The notes under the pieces were generated by a model that did not search any database, was not told where the DNA came from, and saw nothing but the letters and a program-made list of their open reading frames with translations. The translations under genes were made by a program, and so were the position numbers. 55,846 nucleotides of DNA, from positions 1 to 55,846 of the forward strand of contig CAJVXH010000002.1 of the NCBI GenBank assembly GCA_913009835.1, given 5' to 3'. Source of the DNA: an uncultured bacterium. GTDB taxonomy: Bacteria; Electryoneota; Electryoneia; Electryoneales; Electryoneaceae. Below are positions 48,334 through 55,846 of this stretch, in pieces (within the stretch, counting starts at the first letter, position 1; each line of letters starts with the position of its first letter).

Positions 48334-48918
48334 TCAATGCCCGGACGGAACGTAAAATCGTCTATCGAATTTGTACCCGGAATTGTAGCCAAAATCACTG
48401 AACATGTAGCCTCTGCCCCACGGATTATAGTAGTTGCGATAACCACCCATTCCCGCCGGAATACGATCTACACTGATCTGAATTCTCATGTTGTCCCGAG
48501 GTTTCCAGATCAGGTCAGCACCACCGAAAAACTCAGCGTTGTTGAACATGGATGATAGAGCACTCTGTCCGGGTTGGGTCATCCCCCCCGATGCGGCGAA
48601 CGGATTATTTGTTACGCCCGTTCGCAGTTGCAGCATGACGGGTGCGTTGAAGCGATAGCTCAGGGTGTTCATGTAATAACCCTGGGAAACACCCTGCCCG
48701 CCTGCGCTGCCGTATCCAAATCCAATGGAATGGCCCATGTTGAAACGTGAAGGGTCAAGCAAACCTGTCAGGCCCGATTGAATGGTCGGCTGCCGAAGGG
48801 TCTCGGTAGTTGAAGGTCCCTGTGGCGTATCACGATACGGGGCTTGGGCGTTGAGACCATCAACGACTGCCAACGAAAGCAATACAGACAGTGCCACAAC
48901 CATGTTGAAACGTTTCAT
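48334..48918 (-). CDS. Hypothetical secreted Gly/Tyr/Asn-rich protein
   Basis: Signal peptide MKRFNMVVALSVLLSLAVVDGLNA. No recognisable motif. Confidence 0.55.
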   Translation of the reverse strand: MKRFNMVVALSVLLSLAVVDGLNAQAPYRDTPQGPSTTETLRQPTIQSGLTGLLDPSRFNMGHSIGFGYGSAGGQGVSQGYYMNTLSYRFNAPVMLQLRTGVTNNPFAASGGMTQPGQSALSSMFNNAEFFGGADLIWKPRDNMRIQISVDRIPAGMGGYRNYYNPWGRGYMFSDFGYNSGYKFDRRFYVPSGH

Positions 48919-48974
48919 CCTGATCTCCGCATTTCCATTATGGAAAGTACCCCACTGGCTCTAATGAATCAAGC

Positions 48975-49721
48975 CTACTCCTGTCTTTCACGCCAAATCT
49001 GTTCCGCTTCCTCTAGATCATGAACCGTGTTCACGCCGTGGATTTCGGCGAAGTCCGCCTTCCACGCCGCGACCGGCATATTCTTCTTGAAGAAGGCTTC
49101 AAACACATCAGTGAGATAATATTCACCCTGTGAATTGTCGTTGCTCAGTGCGTGTAGCGCCGGGAAAAGATGTTTCGCATCGTAGAGATAGATCCCGGAA
49201 TTGATCTCCTTGATCTCACGTTCTTCGTCGCTACAGTCCTTGTGCTCACGAATGGCGACAACCTTTCCATCGTCATCTCGCAACACTCTCCCATATCCTG
49301 TCGGATCTGGAGCTTCCGCTGTAATCACGGTTGCGATGACCTTCTTCTGACGGTGATACTCGACGACTCGGCGGATCGTTTCCTCGCTCAGGAGTGGAAC
49401 ATCTCCCGACAGCACCAGAATCTCCCCGTCATGATCTTTCAGTGCGGGTTCAGACATCATCGCGGCATGTCCGGTTCCCAACAATTGATCCTGATATGCG
49501 TGATCCACTCCGGCCTGTTCCACTACAGGGATAACCAGTTCGCGTTTGTGGCCGACTATCACCACGATCCGTTTGGCCCCGCTGGATTTTGCCTGTCGGA
49601 TAACATGTAAGAGCATTGGCTCGCCACCAATGGGATGCAGCACTTTTGGCAAATCGGATTTCATGCGTTTCCCTTGACCTGCTGCGAGGATGATTGTGGC
49701 CAGTTCTCGAACTTCCGGCAT
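48975..49721 (-). CDS. GlmU-N-terminal-like sugar-1-phosphate nucleotidyltransferase (stand-alone, no acetyltransferase domain)
   Basis: ILAAGQGKRMKSDLPKVLHPIGGEPML is near-identical in pattern to the GlmU uridyltransferase N-terminus. At 248 aa it lacks the LbH domain. Confidence 0.8.
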   Translation of the reverse strand: MPEVRELATIILAAGQGKRMKSDLPKVLHPIGGEPMLLHVIRQAKSSGAKRIVVIVGHKRELVIPVVEQAGVDHAYQDQLLGTGHAAMMSEPALKDHDGEILVLSGDVPLLSEETIRRVVEYHRQKKVIATVITAEAPDPTGYGRVLRDDDGKVVAIREHKDCSDEEREIKEINSGIYLYDAKHLFPALHALSNDNSQGEYYLTDVFEAFFKKNMPVAAWKADFAEIHGVNTVHDLEEAEQIWRERQE

Positions 49722-50572
49722 TATTTCTCCAAGATGATGTTATCAATCAAGCGGACGCTTCCAAAGCGAACCGCAACTGCCAGGAGGGACTTGGTGTCAA
49801 CATGTTCCACAGGCTGGAGATCATTCCATCCCACCAGCTGGATGTAATCTATCTTTCCGGAAGGTGCGTCCTGCTTTATCCTGTTTCGTACCGTCTCTAA
49901 AAGGCGTTCCGCCTCATTGATCCCCTCTTGAAACTGACTTGAAGCCTCACTCAGAGCCTGATGCAAAGCAGGTGCTTCCAACCGGTGTTCAGGAGTGAGT
50001 CGCACGTTCCGGCTGCTCATCGCCAGACCATCTACTTCACGCAGAGTGTCCCCGAGGATGATCTCGATTCCGAACTGCAGGTCATAAGTCATCCGTTGAA
50101 TGATGCGAGCCTGCTGAACATCCTTTCGCCCGAAGACTGCCACATCCGGCTGCACCACGTTGAACAGTTTGCTGACGACGGTGGTCACACCCCGGAAATG
50201 CCCGGGACGGCTGGCCCCGCATAGCTGTGTGTCCAACCCTTCTACTTCGACGTATGTCGAGAATCCTTCGGGATACATCTCATCAACACTTGGCAACCAT
50301 ACAGCGTCCACGCCCCGTTCACGGCATAATTCCAGATCCGCTTCTTCATCACGCGGGTAGCTGTCGAAATCTTCTCCGGGACTGAATTGCGCTGGATTGA
50401 CGAAGATAGAGACGATGGTTTTGTCAGTTCTTTGCCGTGAAATGTCGATAAGACTCAAGTGGGCTTCGTGGAGGGAGCCCATGGTGGGGACGAAGCCTAT
50501 GGTCAAACCGTGAACGGCATGGAGTTGCTTGACCCATTCGCGGACCTGTTGCGCGGTCTCTAGCACTCTCAT
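49721..50572 (-). CDS. panC: Pantoate-beta-alanine ligase
   Basis: VPTMGSLHEAHLSL and GHFRGVTTVV motifs. 283 aa. Confidence 0.94.
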   Translation of the reverse strand: MRVLETAQQVREWVKQLHAVHGLTIGFVPTMGSLHEAHLSLIDISRQRTDKTIVSIFVNPAQFSPGEDFDSYPRDEEADLELCRERGVDAVWLPSVDEMYPEGFSTYVEVEGLDTQLCGASRPGHFRGVTTVVSKLFNVVQPDVAVFGRKDVQQARIIQRMTYDLQFGIEIILGDTLREVDGLAMSSRNVRLTPEHRLEAPALHQALSEASSQFQEGINEAERLLETVRNRIKQDAPSGKIDYIQLVGWNDLQPVEHVDTKSLLAVAVRFGSVRLIDNIILEK

Positions 50573-51369
50573 GCGTGGAAGCTCTCGTCATCACTGGGAA
50601 ATTCGTGTTTGCGAATGTCATCAATGTATTGACGTACCGCATCCCCGATCAGTTGTTTGCCATCCAGGTAACGGCGGGCGAAACGCATTTTCGGGCCGAG
50701 ACCGAACATATCGTAGCTGACCAGAATCTGGCCGTCACAATGCGGTCCTGAAGCTATTCCAACGGTGGGAACTTCCAGAGATTCGCTGATCTCTTTTGCC
50801 AGCTCGACGGGGATCTTCTCGAGTACCATGGAAAATACACCGGCATCCTGTAGGCGCAGCGCGTCGTCCTTGATACGTTGGGCTTCTTTCTCGTTCGCCC
50901 CGCGCAGATCCCATCCGCCGAAAACGTGCACACTCTGGGGGGTTAATCCCAGATGTCCCATTACCGGCATGCCCATGGTCGTCATGCGCAGGATCGCTTC
51001 GAGTACCGGTCCGGCGCCTTCGACCTTGACCGCTTCCGCACGGCCTTCCTTCATGAATCGAATGGACGCCTCAACACAGGCCTCAGTGGATTTCTGGGTG
51101 ATTCCAAACGGCATATCTCCAACCAGCAGCGCCCGCTTCACTCCCCGGCTGACGTTCTTGGTGAGAAAAATCATCTCGTCTAGGGTGATCGAGATGGTAT
51201 CCGGACGGCCAGATATTACCATTCCAGCTGAGTCACCTACGAGAATGAGATCGAGACCAGCCTTGTCTTCGATCGCGGCAAAGGTGGCATCGTATGCTGT
51301 CAATGCTGCGATCGGAATACCTTCACGCTTCATCTCGATCAGGCGAGGTGCAGTGATCTTCTTATCCAT
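50569..51369 (-). CDS. panB: 3-methyl-2-oxobutanoate hydroxymethyltransferase
   Basis: LTAYDATFAAIEDKAGLDLILVGDS, VKVEG, GHLGLTPQS. 266 aa. Confidence 0.94.
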   Translation of the reverse strand: MDKKITAPRLIEMKREGIPIAALTAYDATFAAIEDKAGLDLILVGDSAGMVISGRPDTISITLDEMIFLTKNVSRGVKRALLVGDMPFGITQKSTEACVEASIRFMKEGRAEAVKVEGAGPVLEAILRMTTMGMPVMGHLGLTPQSVHVFGGWDLRGANEKEAQRIKDDALRLQDAGVFSMVLEKIPVELAKEISESLEVPTVGIASGPHCDGQILVSYDMFGLGPKMRFARRYLDGKQLIGDAVRQYIDDIRKHEFPSDDESFHA

Positions 51370-52532
51370 CAGCGACCATCCTCAGCAGCTTTCTCAATCA
51401 TTTTCCCGACTTCCCAATCACGCAGGGCACGGCTGATAATGCCTCCACCCCACACCGCATCTCCACGGTACCAGACGACTGACTGTCCGGGCGAAACACC
51501 GTGTGCGGCCTCGTTAAAGATAACGGTTTGCGCATCGTCTGTGGACGGATGGAGAGTGGCAGGGAAGCCATGAGGGTCATTGTATCGGATCTTGATGGTG
51601 CAGGGTTCAGGTGTTGATGGCGGATCGAACGAGACCCAATTCGTCGCTGTCGCAATAAGACCTGAACGGGCGAGTGCGGCTTTGTCACCGATGACGACAC
51701 GGTTACTGTCCGGCTTCAGCTCAGTTACGTAATAGGGGCCATGTCCATCTGAGATGTTCAACCCGCGACGCTGGCCGATGGTGAAAGAGTAGAAGCCATC
51801 ATGAGCGCCTACAACAGCCCCATCCTGGTTGATGATCTCCCCGGTCCCGATCTCTGTTACACGTTCTGCATGAGTGGTACGCAGATGTTCGTCATAGCGA
51901 CCGTGAATGAAGCATACTTCCTGGCTGTCTGGTTTGTCCGCAGTGCGTAATCCCAGCTCTCGCGCTTTTTTGCGGATGTCGTGCTTGGTCCATGTTCCCA
52001 ACGGGAATAAAGTTTTATTCAGCGCTTCTCTCGGGAGTTGCCAGAGGGCGTAGCTCTGATCCTTGGTCGAGTCCAGCCCTCGCTCCAGGCAAGGGGCAGA
52101 AATGTCATCGTGAGTGATGCGGGCATAGTGTCCGGTTGCGATGTAGTCGAAGCCCAGTACTGGCGCTCGTTTCAACACTTCGTTCCACTTGAGATGAGTG
52201 TTGCAGGCAATGCAGGGGTTGGGCGTTTCACCATTCAGGTAGGCATTTTCGTAAGGTTTGATGACATTGTTGCTGAAGGGTTCACGGAGATCAATCACCA
52301 GGTGGTCGATACCCAGTTCGTGACATATGATGCGAGCGTCCATCTGTTGCGATATGTCACAGCATCCACGTTCATTTGCGGGTCGCCTTCCGGCACTCTC
52401 ATAGTCCCACAACTGAAGAGTGACGCCTATTACTTCGTATCCCTCTTCGAGCAATAGAGCGGCGGCGACTGAGCTGTCCACGCCCCCACTCATCAACACG
52501 CCGACACGCTTCTTTTTGCTGGTGACACTCAC
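51369..52532 (-). CDS. mnmA: tRNA 2-thiouridine(34) synthase
   Basis: PP-loop VLMSGGVDSSVAA and catalytic Cys context NPCIACN. 387 aa. Coupled to the upstream cysteine desulfurase gene. Confidence 0.93.
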   Translation of the reverse strand: MSVTSKKKRVGVLMSGGVDSSVAAALLLEEGYEVIGVTLQLWDYESAGRRPANERGCCDISQQMDARIICHELGIDHLVIDLREPFSNNVIKPYENAYLNGETPNPCIACNTHLKWNEVLKRAPVLGFDYIATGHYARITHDDISAPCLERGLDSTKDQSYALWQLPREALNKTLFPLGTWTKHDIRKKARELGLRTADKPDSQEVCFIHGRYDEHLRTTHAERVTEIGTGEIINQDGAVVGAHDGFYSFTIGQRRGLNISDGHGPYYVTELKPDSNRVVIGDKAALARSGLIATATNWVSFDPPSTPEPCTIKIRYNDPHGFPATLHPSTDDAQTVIFNEAAHGVSPGQSVVWYRGDAVWGGGIISRALRDWEVGKMIEKAAEDGR

Positions 52533-53734
52533 CAGGCTGCCATCTCACGTAAACGCTTCACATGCTTGCCAATGCAACTGGCGGCGTATTTAAGGTTCTC
52601 TTCGTCACTCGAACGTCCGAGGGTCAAACGCAGGCTGGAATGTGCTTCCTCATCGCTTAGTCCTATTGCGGAGAGGACGTGCGATGGTTTGGTGCTTCCT
52701 GAACTACAGGCTGATCCCGTTGAAACGGCTATTCCATCGAGATCGAGGGCGAGTAACAGTGATTCAGCTTCCACCCCGGGGAATCGCAGATTCAGGTTTA
52801 GATAGATGCGGTTTTCCGGGCTGCCATTCAAGATGAGGTCGCCACCCACTTCCTCACCAATCCACTCCATGAATTGGATGCGCAGAGCGTTAATACGTTC
52901 GGCGTCTGATACCATTTTCTGAGCGCACAGTTCCGCCGCCGCTCCGAATCCGGCGATGCCGGGCATGTTTTCGGTTCCGGTGCGCAAACCCTGTTCCTGT
53001 CCACCCCCGAATTGTCGCGCCGCAATCTTCACTCCATCGCGCACATACAGAGCTCCCACACCCTTCGGACCATAGATCTTGTGGCTGCTCATGGATACCA
53101 GGTCTACTGGTAGCGTGTCTACGTCCAGTGGGATCTTTCCGTAACCTTGTACAGCGTCGGTGTGGAACAGGACGTCATGCTCTTTCGCCAGTGCGACCAG
53201 TTTATCCAGCGGTTGGATGCTGCCGATTTCGTTGTTCACCTGCATGATGCTGATGAGCGCGGTATCGTCGGTGATGGCATTTCGGAGAGAATCTGCTTCA
53301 ACGAATCCACCCTCATTCACTGGCAGAATTGTGATCCGAAACCCCTCACGTTCCAGCGCTTCGGCCGCATGTAGAACAGCGCTGTGTTCGATTGCGTCAG
53401 TGATGAAATGATCACCTCGTCCATCCGAACGAGCGGCGTGCATGGTGCCGATGATCGCGAGGTTATCCGCTTCTGTTCCGCCGGAGGTGAAGAAAAGGTC
53501 GGCAGCGGGCGCATTGATCAACCCTGCCACCTGTTCCCGGGCCTTTTGCAGAACCACCTTTGCTGCATTGCCCACTTGGTACTTGCTTGAGGGATTGCCC
53601 CAATTCTCCAGCATGGTCTGTTGAACGACATCGGCCACACCAGGATCTACTGGAGTGGTCGCGCTGTGATCAAGGTAGATCGTCTGCTTTTGTGGGCTGC
53701 TGGATATCGTGTTATCGTCTGTCAATGTCGTCAT
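52529..53734 (-). CDS. Cysteine desulfurase (NifS/IscS class V aminotransferase)
   Basis: IYLDHSATTP, SSHKIYGPKGVGALY (PLP Lys), GSACSSG (catalytic Cys). Start set at MTTLTDD (53734). The ORF continues to 53881, but only by reading through the repeat array. Confidence 0.9.
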   Translation of the reverse strand: MTTLTDDNTISSSPQKQTIYLDHSATTPVDPGVADVVQQTMLENWGNPSSKYQVGNAAKVVLQKAREQVAGLINAPAADLFFTSGGTEADNLAIIGTMHAARSDGRGDHFITDAIEHSAVLHAAEALEREGFRITILPVNEGGFVEADSLRNAITDDTALISIMQVNNEIGSIQPLDKLVALAKEHDVLFHTDAVQGYGKIPLDVDTLPVDLVSMSSHKIYGPKGVGALYVRDGVKIAARQFGGGQEQGLRTGTENMPGIAGFGAAAELCAQKMVSDAERINALRIQFMEWIGEEVGGDLILNGSPENRIYLNLNLRFPGVEAESLLLALDLDGIAVSTGSACSSGSTKPSHVLSAIGLSDEEAHSSLRLTLGRSSDEENLKYAASCIGKHVKRLREMAAW

Positions 53735-53993
53735 CCTGAACGATACGCTCGTCATCCTGAACGATACGCTCGTCATCCTGAACGATACGCTCGTCATCCT
53801 GAACGTTTTTGTGAAGGATCTCGTTGTTGACCTTATGATTATCCCAGACATAAATGTCTGGGGCATGGCACAACGCATCATTCTTGAACGTTTTTGTGAA
53901 GGATCTCGTTGTTGACCTTATGATTATCCCAGACATAAATGTCTGGGGCATGGCACAACGCATCATTCTTGAACGCTTTTGTGAAGGATCTCG
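53730..53993 (+). repeat. Second mosaic repeat array: three 21-nt units plus two full and one truncated long module
   Basis: GTCATCCTGAACGATACGCTC at 53730, 53751 and 53772. Long modules 53793-53876 and 53877-53961 (core diverged to ATCATTCTTGAAC), and a truncated copy 53962-53993. Palindrome CCCAGACATAAATGTCTGGG is present in both full modules. Confidence 0.95.
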
Positions 53994-53996
53994 TCG

Positions 53997-54581
53997 CTAT
54001 ACTTGAGTTCGCCACCATTGGGCAAACGCTCGCAGCGCACGTCCCCGATGGCTGATGCGGTTCTTCTCTTCAGCCGATAGCTCTGCCAGGGTACGTGTAT
54101 CACTCTCGGGAACGAATATCGGATCATAGCCGAAGCCGTTGTATCCACGGGCCTGCTCGATGATTGTTCCCTCGAGGACGCCGTCGAAGCGTCGTGGTTC
54201 ATCACCTTCGCGGACGCAGCAAATAACTGAGCTGAAACGAGCTTTTCTCGAAGCAGCTTCCACCCCATTCAGCTCGCGCAACATTTTGTCCACGTTGTCC
54301 TGGTAGGTCGCGTCCGCGCCGGCGTAGCGTGAGGAATATACACCCGGCTCGCCGTTAAGTGCATCAACTTCCAGACCGGTATCATCGGCGATGCTGAGCA
54401 TTCCCGTACGTCGGAACCCTTCCTCCGCTTTGAGTAGAGCATTTTCCCAGAGGGTGCTGCCGATCTCCTCCACATCCTCATCTTGATCGCCGGGATGATG
54501 GATCTCCACCTCGTCACCGAGCAGTTCCCTGAGTTCGCGGAGTTTATCCTTGTTCTTGGTAGAAATGTACAGGCTGGTCAT
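53997..54581 (-). CDS. rdgB: Non-canonical purine NTP pyrophosphatase (RdgB/HAM1 family)
   Basis: STKNKDKLRELRELLG and NGFGYDPIFVPE. Start set at MTSLYIS (54581); the longer ORF to 54647 overlaps deoB. Confidence 0.9.
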   Translation of the reverse strand: MTSLYISTKNKDKLRELRELLGDEVEIHHPGDQDEDVEEIGSTLWENALLKAEEGFRRTGMLSIADDTGLEVDALNGEPGVYSSRYAGADATYQDNVDKMLRELNGVEAASRKARFSSVICCVREGDEPRRFDGVLEGTIIEQARGYNGFGYDPIFVPESDTRTLAELSAEEKNRISHRGRALRAFAQWWRTQV

Positions 54582-54595
54582 TCGTTTAGCCTCAT

Positions 54596-55768
54596 TCAGG
54601 ACGATTGGTTCAATGTGGGCAGAAAGGACATACCCGGTCCATTCCATTCAAGCTCAAAATGCTCAGCGAGTGTCGCAGCGACATCACTGAAACTACGAAT
54701 ACCTACAGGATTACCCTTTCGAGTACTTCCTTTCAATGCTATCAACGGCACGTATTCCCGGCTGTGATCGGTGCCGGGATAGCAGGGGTCATTGCCATGA
54801 TCTGCGGTAATGATCATCAGGTCATCCTCGCGCAGATCATCCAGCCATTCGCCCAGACCACTGTCGAACTCCTCCAGTCCTCGTCCGAAGCCTTCTGGAT
54901 CGTTCCGATGTCCCCAGAGGTTGTCGAAGTCTGGCAGGTTGGTGAACGTAAGCCCCCCGTCATCGCCCTGGATACGTCTCAGAGTCGCCGCAACACCTAA
55001 GGCATTTGTTCCAGTTTTCTCATGCTGGGAGAAACCTCGACCCGCGAACAAGGTACCGACTTTTCCCACCCCATAGACCTCAACACCTGACTCCACCATG
55101 ACGTCGAGAATTGTCTCAGCAACAGGTTCAACAGCGAAATCTCTGCGGTTCAATGTACGTTCGAAAGCTCCCTCCACGCCCACGAAAGGACGGGCTATCA
55201 CTCGCCCCACCCGATGCGGCGGTTTGAGCGCAGCACGAACCTCTTCGCAGATGCGGTAGAGTTCAGTGAGCGGAACGTAGTCTTCGTGCGCGAGGAGCTG
55301 GAGCACGGAATCGGCTGAGGTGTATAGGACTAACGAGCCCGTCCGCAGATGTTCGCCGCCCAGACAGTCCATGATCTCGGTTCCGGATGCAGCGATGTTT
55401 CCGAGTATTCCTCGGTTGCTGACCTGTTTGACCAGTTCAACTATCTCAGTGGGGAATCCGTCGGGGTAGGTCGGGAAAGGGATCTTGTTAATGACAGCGC
55501 ATAGCTCCCAGTGTCCGGTGATCGAATCTTTTCCCGCTGATTCTTCGCGCAAAAGCCCATGAATTGCACGTGGTGCATTCGCGGGCTCAATACCTTCAAG
55601 TGGAGCGATGTTCGCCAGTCCGAGGGATTGCAGAACTGGCAAGTTCAACGGAGCGGTCTTGGCGACGACATGACCGAGCGTATTTGCTCCATCATCGCCG
55701 TAGAGAGAGGAGTCCGGCGCCGACCCAAAGCCGACGCCGTCCATAATAATCAGAAATGCTCGGCGCAT
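54596..55768 (-). CDS. deoB: Phosphopentomutase
   Basis: 390 aa, MRRAFLIIMDGVGFG and ITADHGNDP metal-site motifs. Confidence 0.93.
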   Translation of the reverse strand: MRRAFLIIMDGVGFGSAPDSSLYGDDGANTLGHVVAKTAPLNLPVLQSLGLANIAPLEGIEPANAPRAIHGLLREESAGKDSITGHWELCAVINKIPFPTYPDGFPTEIVELVKQVSNRGILGNIAASGTEIMDCLGGEHLRTGSLVLYTSADSVLQLLAHEDYVPLTELYRICEEVRAALKPPHRVGRVIARPFVGVEGAFERTLNRRDFAVEPVAETILDVMVESGVEVYGVGKVGTLFAGRGFSQHEKTGTNALGVAATLRRIQGDDGGLTFTNLPDFDNLWGHRNDPEGFGRGLEEFDSGLGEWLDDLREDDLMIITADHGNDPCYPGTDHSREYVPLIALKGSTRKGNPVGIRSFSDVAATLAEHFELEWNGPGMSFLPTLNQSS

Positions 55769-55776
55769 ATCAACAG

Positions 55777-55846
55777 AGATCGGAAGAGCGTCGTGTAGGG
55801 AAAGAGTGTAGATCTCGGTGGTCGCCGTATCATTAAAAAAAAAAAA
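55777..55846 (+). other. Sequencing-library artefact: Illumina TruSeq universal adapter read-through (reverse complement) plus 12-nt poly-A
   Basis: 55777-55834 reads AGATCGGAAGAGCGTCGTGTAGGGAAAGAGTGTAGATCTCGGTGGTCGCCGTATCATT, the exact reverse complement of AATGATACGGCGACCACCGAGATCTACACTCTTTCCCTACACGACGCTCTTCCGATCT. 55835-55846 is A12. Confidence 0.97.

Noticed and set aside
53712-53966. 84-aa ORF (minus strand), plus the N-terminal 49 residues of the 52529..53881 ORF (MMRCAMPQTFMSGIIIRS...FRMTSVSFRMTSVS)
   Set aside because: These are made entirely of translated repeat modules. The same peptide pattern (MPTTFMSGIIRR) appears in ORF 111..326 over the degenerate copy, so the reading frames are by-products of the repeats, not genes.
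1-55846. Selenoprotein genes (in-frame TGA) that would match the tRNA-Sec
   Set aside because: I found no pair of adjacent same-frame ORFs split by a single TGA, and no known selenoprotein family is present in the window.
55835-55846. Poly-A tract as a biological signal (polyadenylation or a retroelement tail)
   Set aside because: It directly follows a complete Illumina adapter sequence, so it is a sequencing read-through artefact.

Overview
This 55.8-kb contig is almost entirely core genes of a diderm (outer-membrane) bacterium. 44 of 45 protein genes lie on the minus strand, many with 1-4 nt start/stop overlaps (ATGA type), which suggests long translationally coupled operons. The LpxC-FabZ fusion and the tamB-bamA-skp-lpxD-lpxC/fabZ-lpxA block suggest an FCB-group-like lineage, but taxonomy cannot be fixed from the sequence alone. 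Recognisable content: cheA; ileS plus a dksA-like gene; yggS-divIVA; an O-antigen-ligase/TPR gene (the only plus-strand gene); mpl; an M1 peptidase; PBP1A; a SPOR protein; three glycosyltransferases; rseP; uppS; mtnA with a PfkB kinase; argS; rsfS; panBC; mnmA; a NifS/IscS desulfurase; rdgB; deoB. I saw no rRNA, CRISPR array, integrase, transposase or phage genes. Non-housekeeping items: (1) an unclassified intergenic repeat family (12-nt core GTCATCCTGAAC, a hairpin module, and an 82-85-nt module with a perfect 9-bp inverted repeat) forms mosaic arrays at 6760-7140 and 53730-53993, with further copies at 118-160, 30088-30193 and 45581-45615; (2) a candidate tRNA-Sec (anticodon UCA) wedged between two ORFs; (3) next to it, a single-gene AT-rich islet encoding a PD-(D/E)xK HsdR-N-like nuclease-domain protein; (4) an orphan DPPY DNA methyltransferase embedded in a cell-envelope operon; (5) the last 70 nt of the window are an Illumina adapter read-through plus poly-A, not biology. 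No complete multi-gene novel system is demonstrable. The repeat arrays and the tRNA-Sec/nuclease islet are the best candidates for follow-up.
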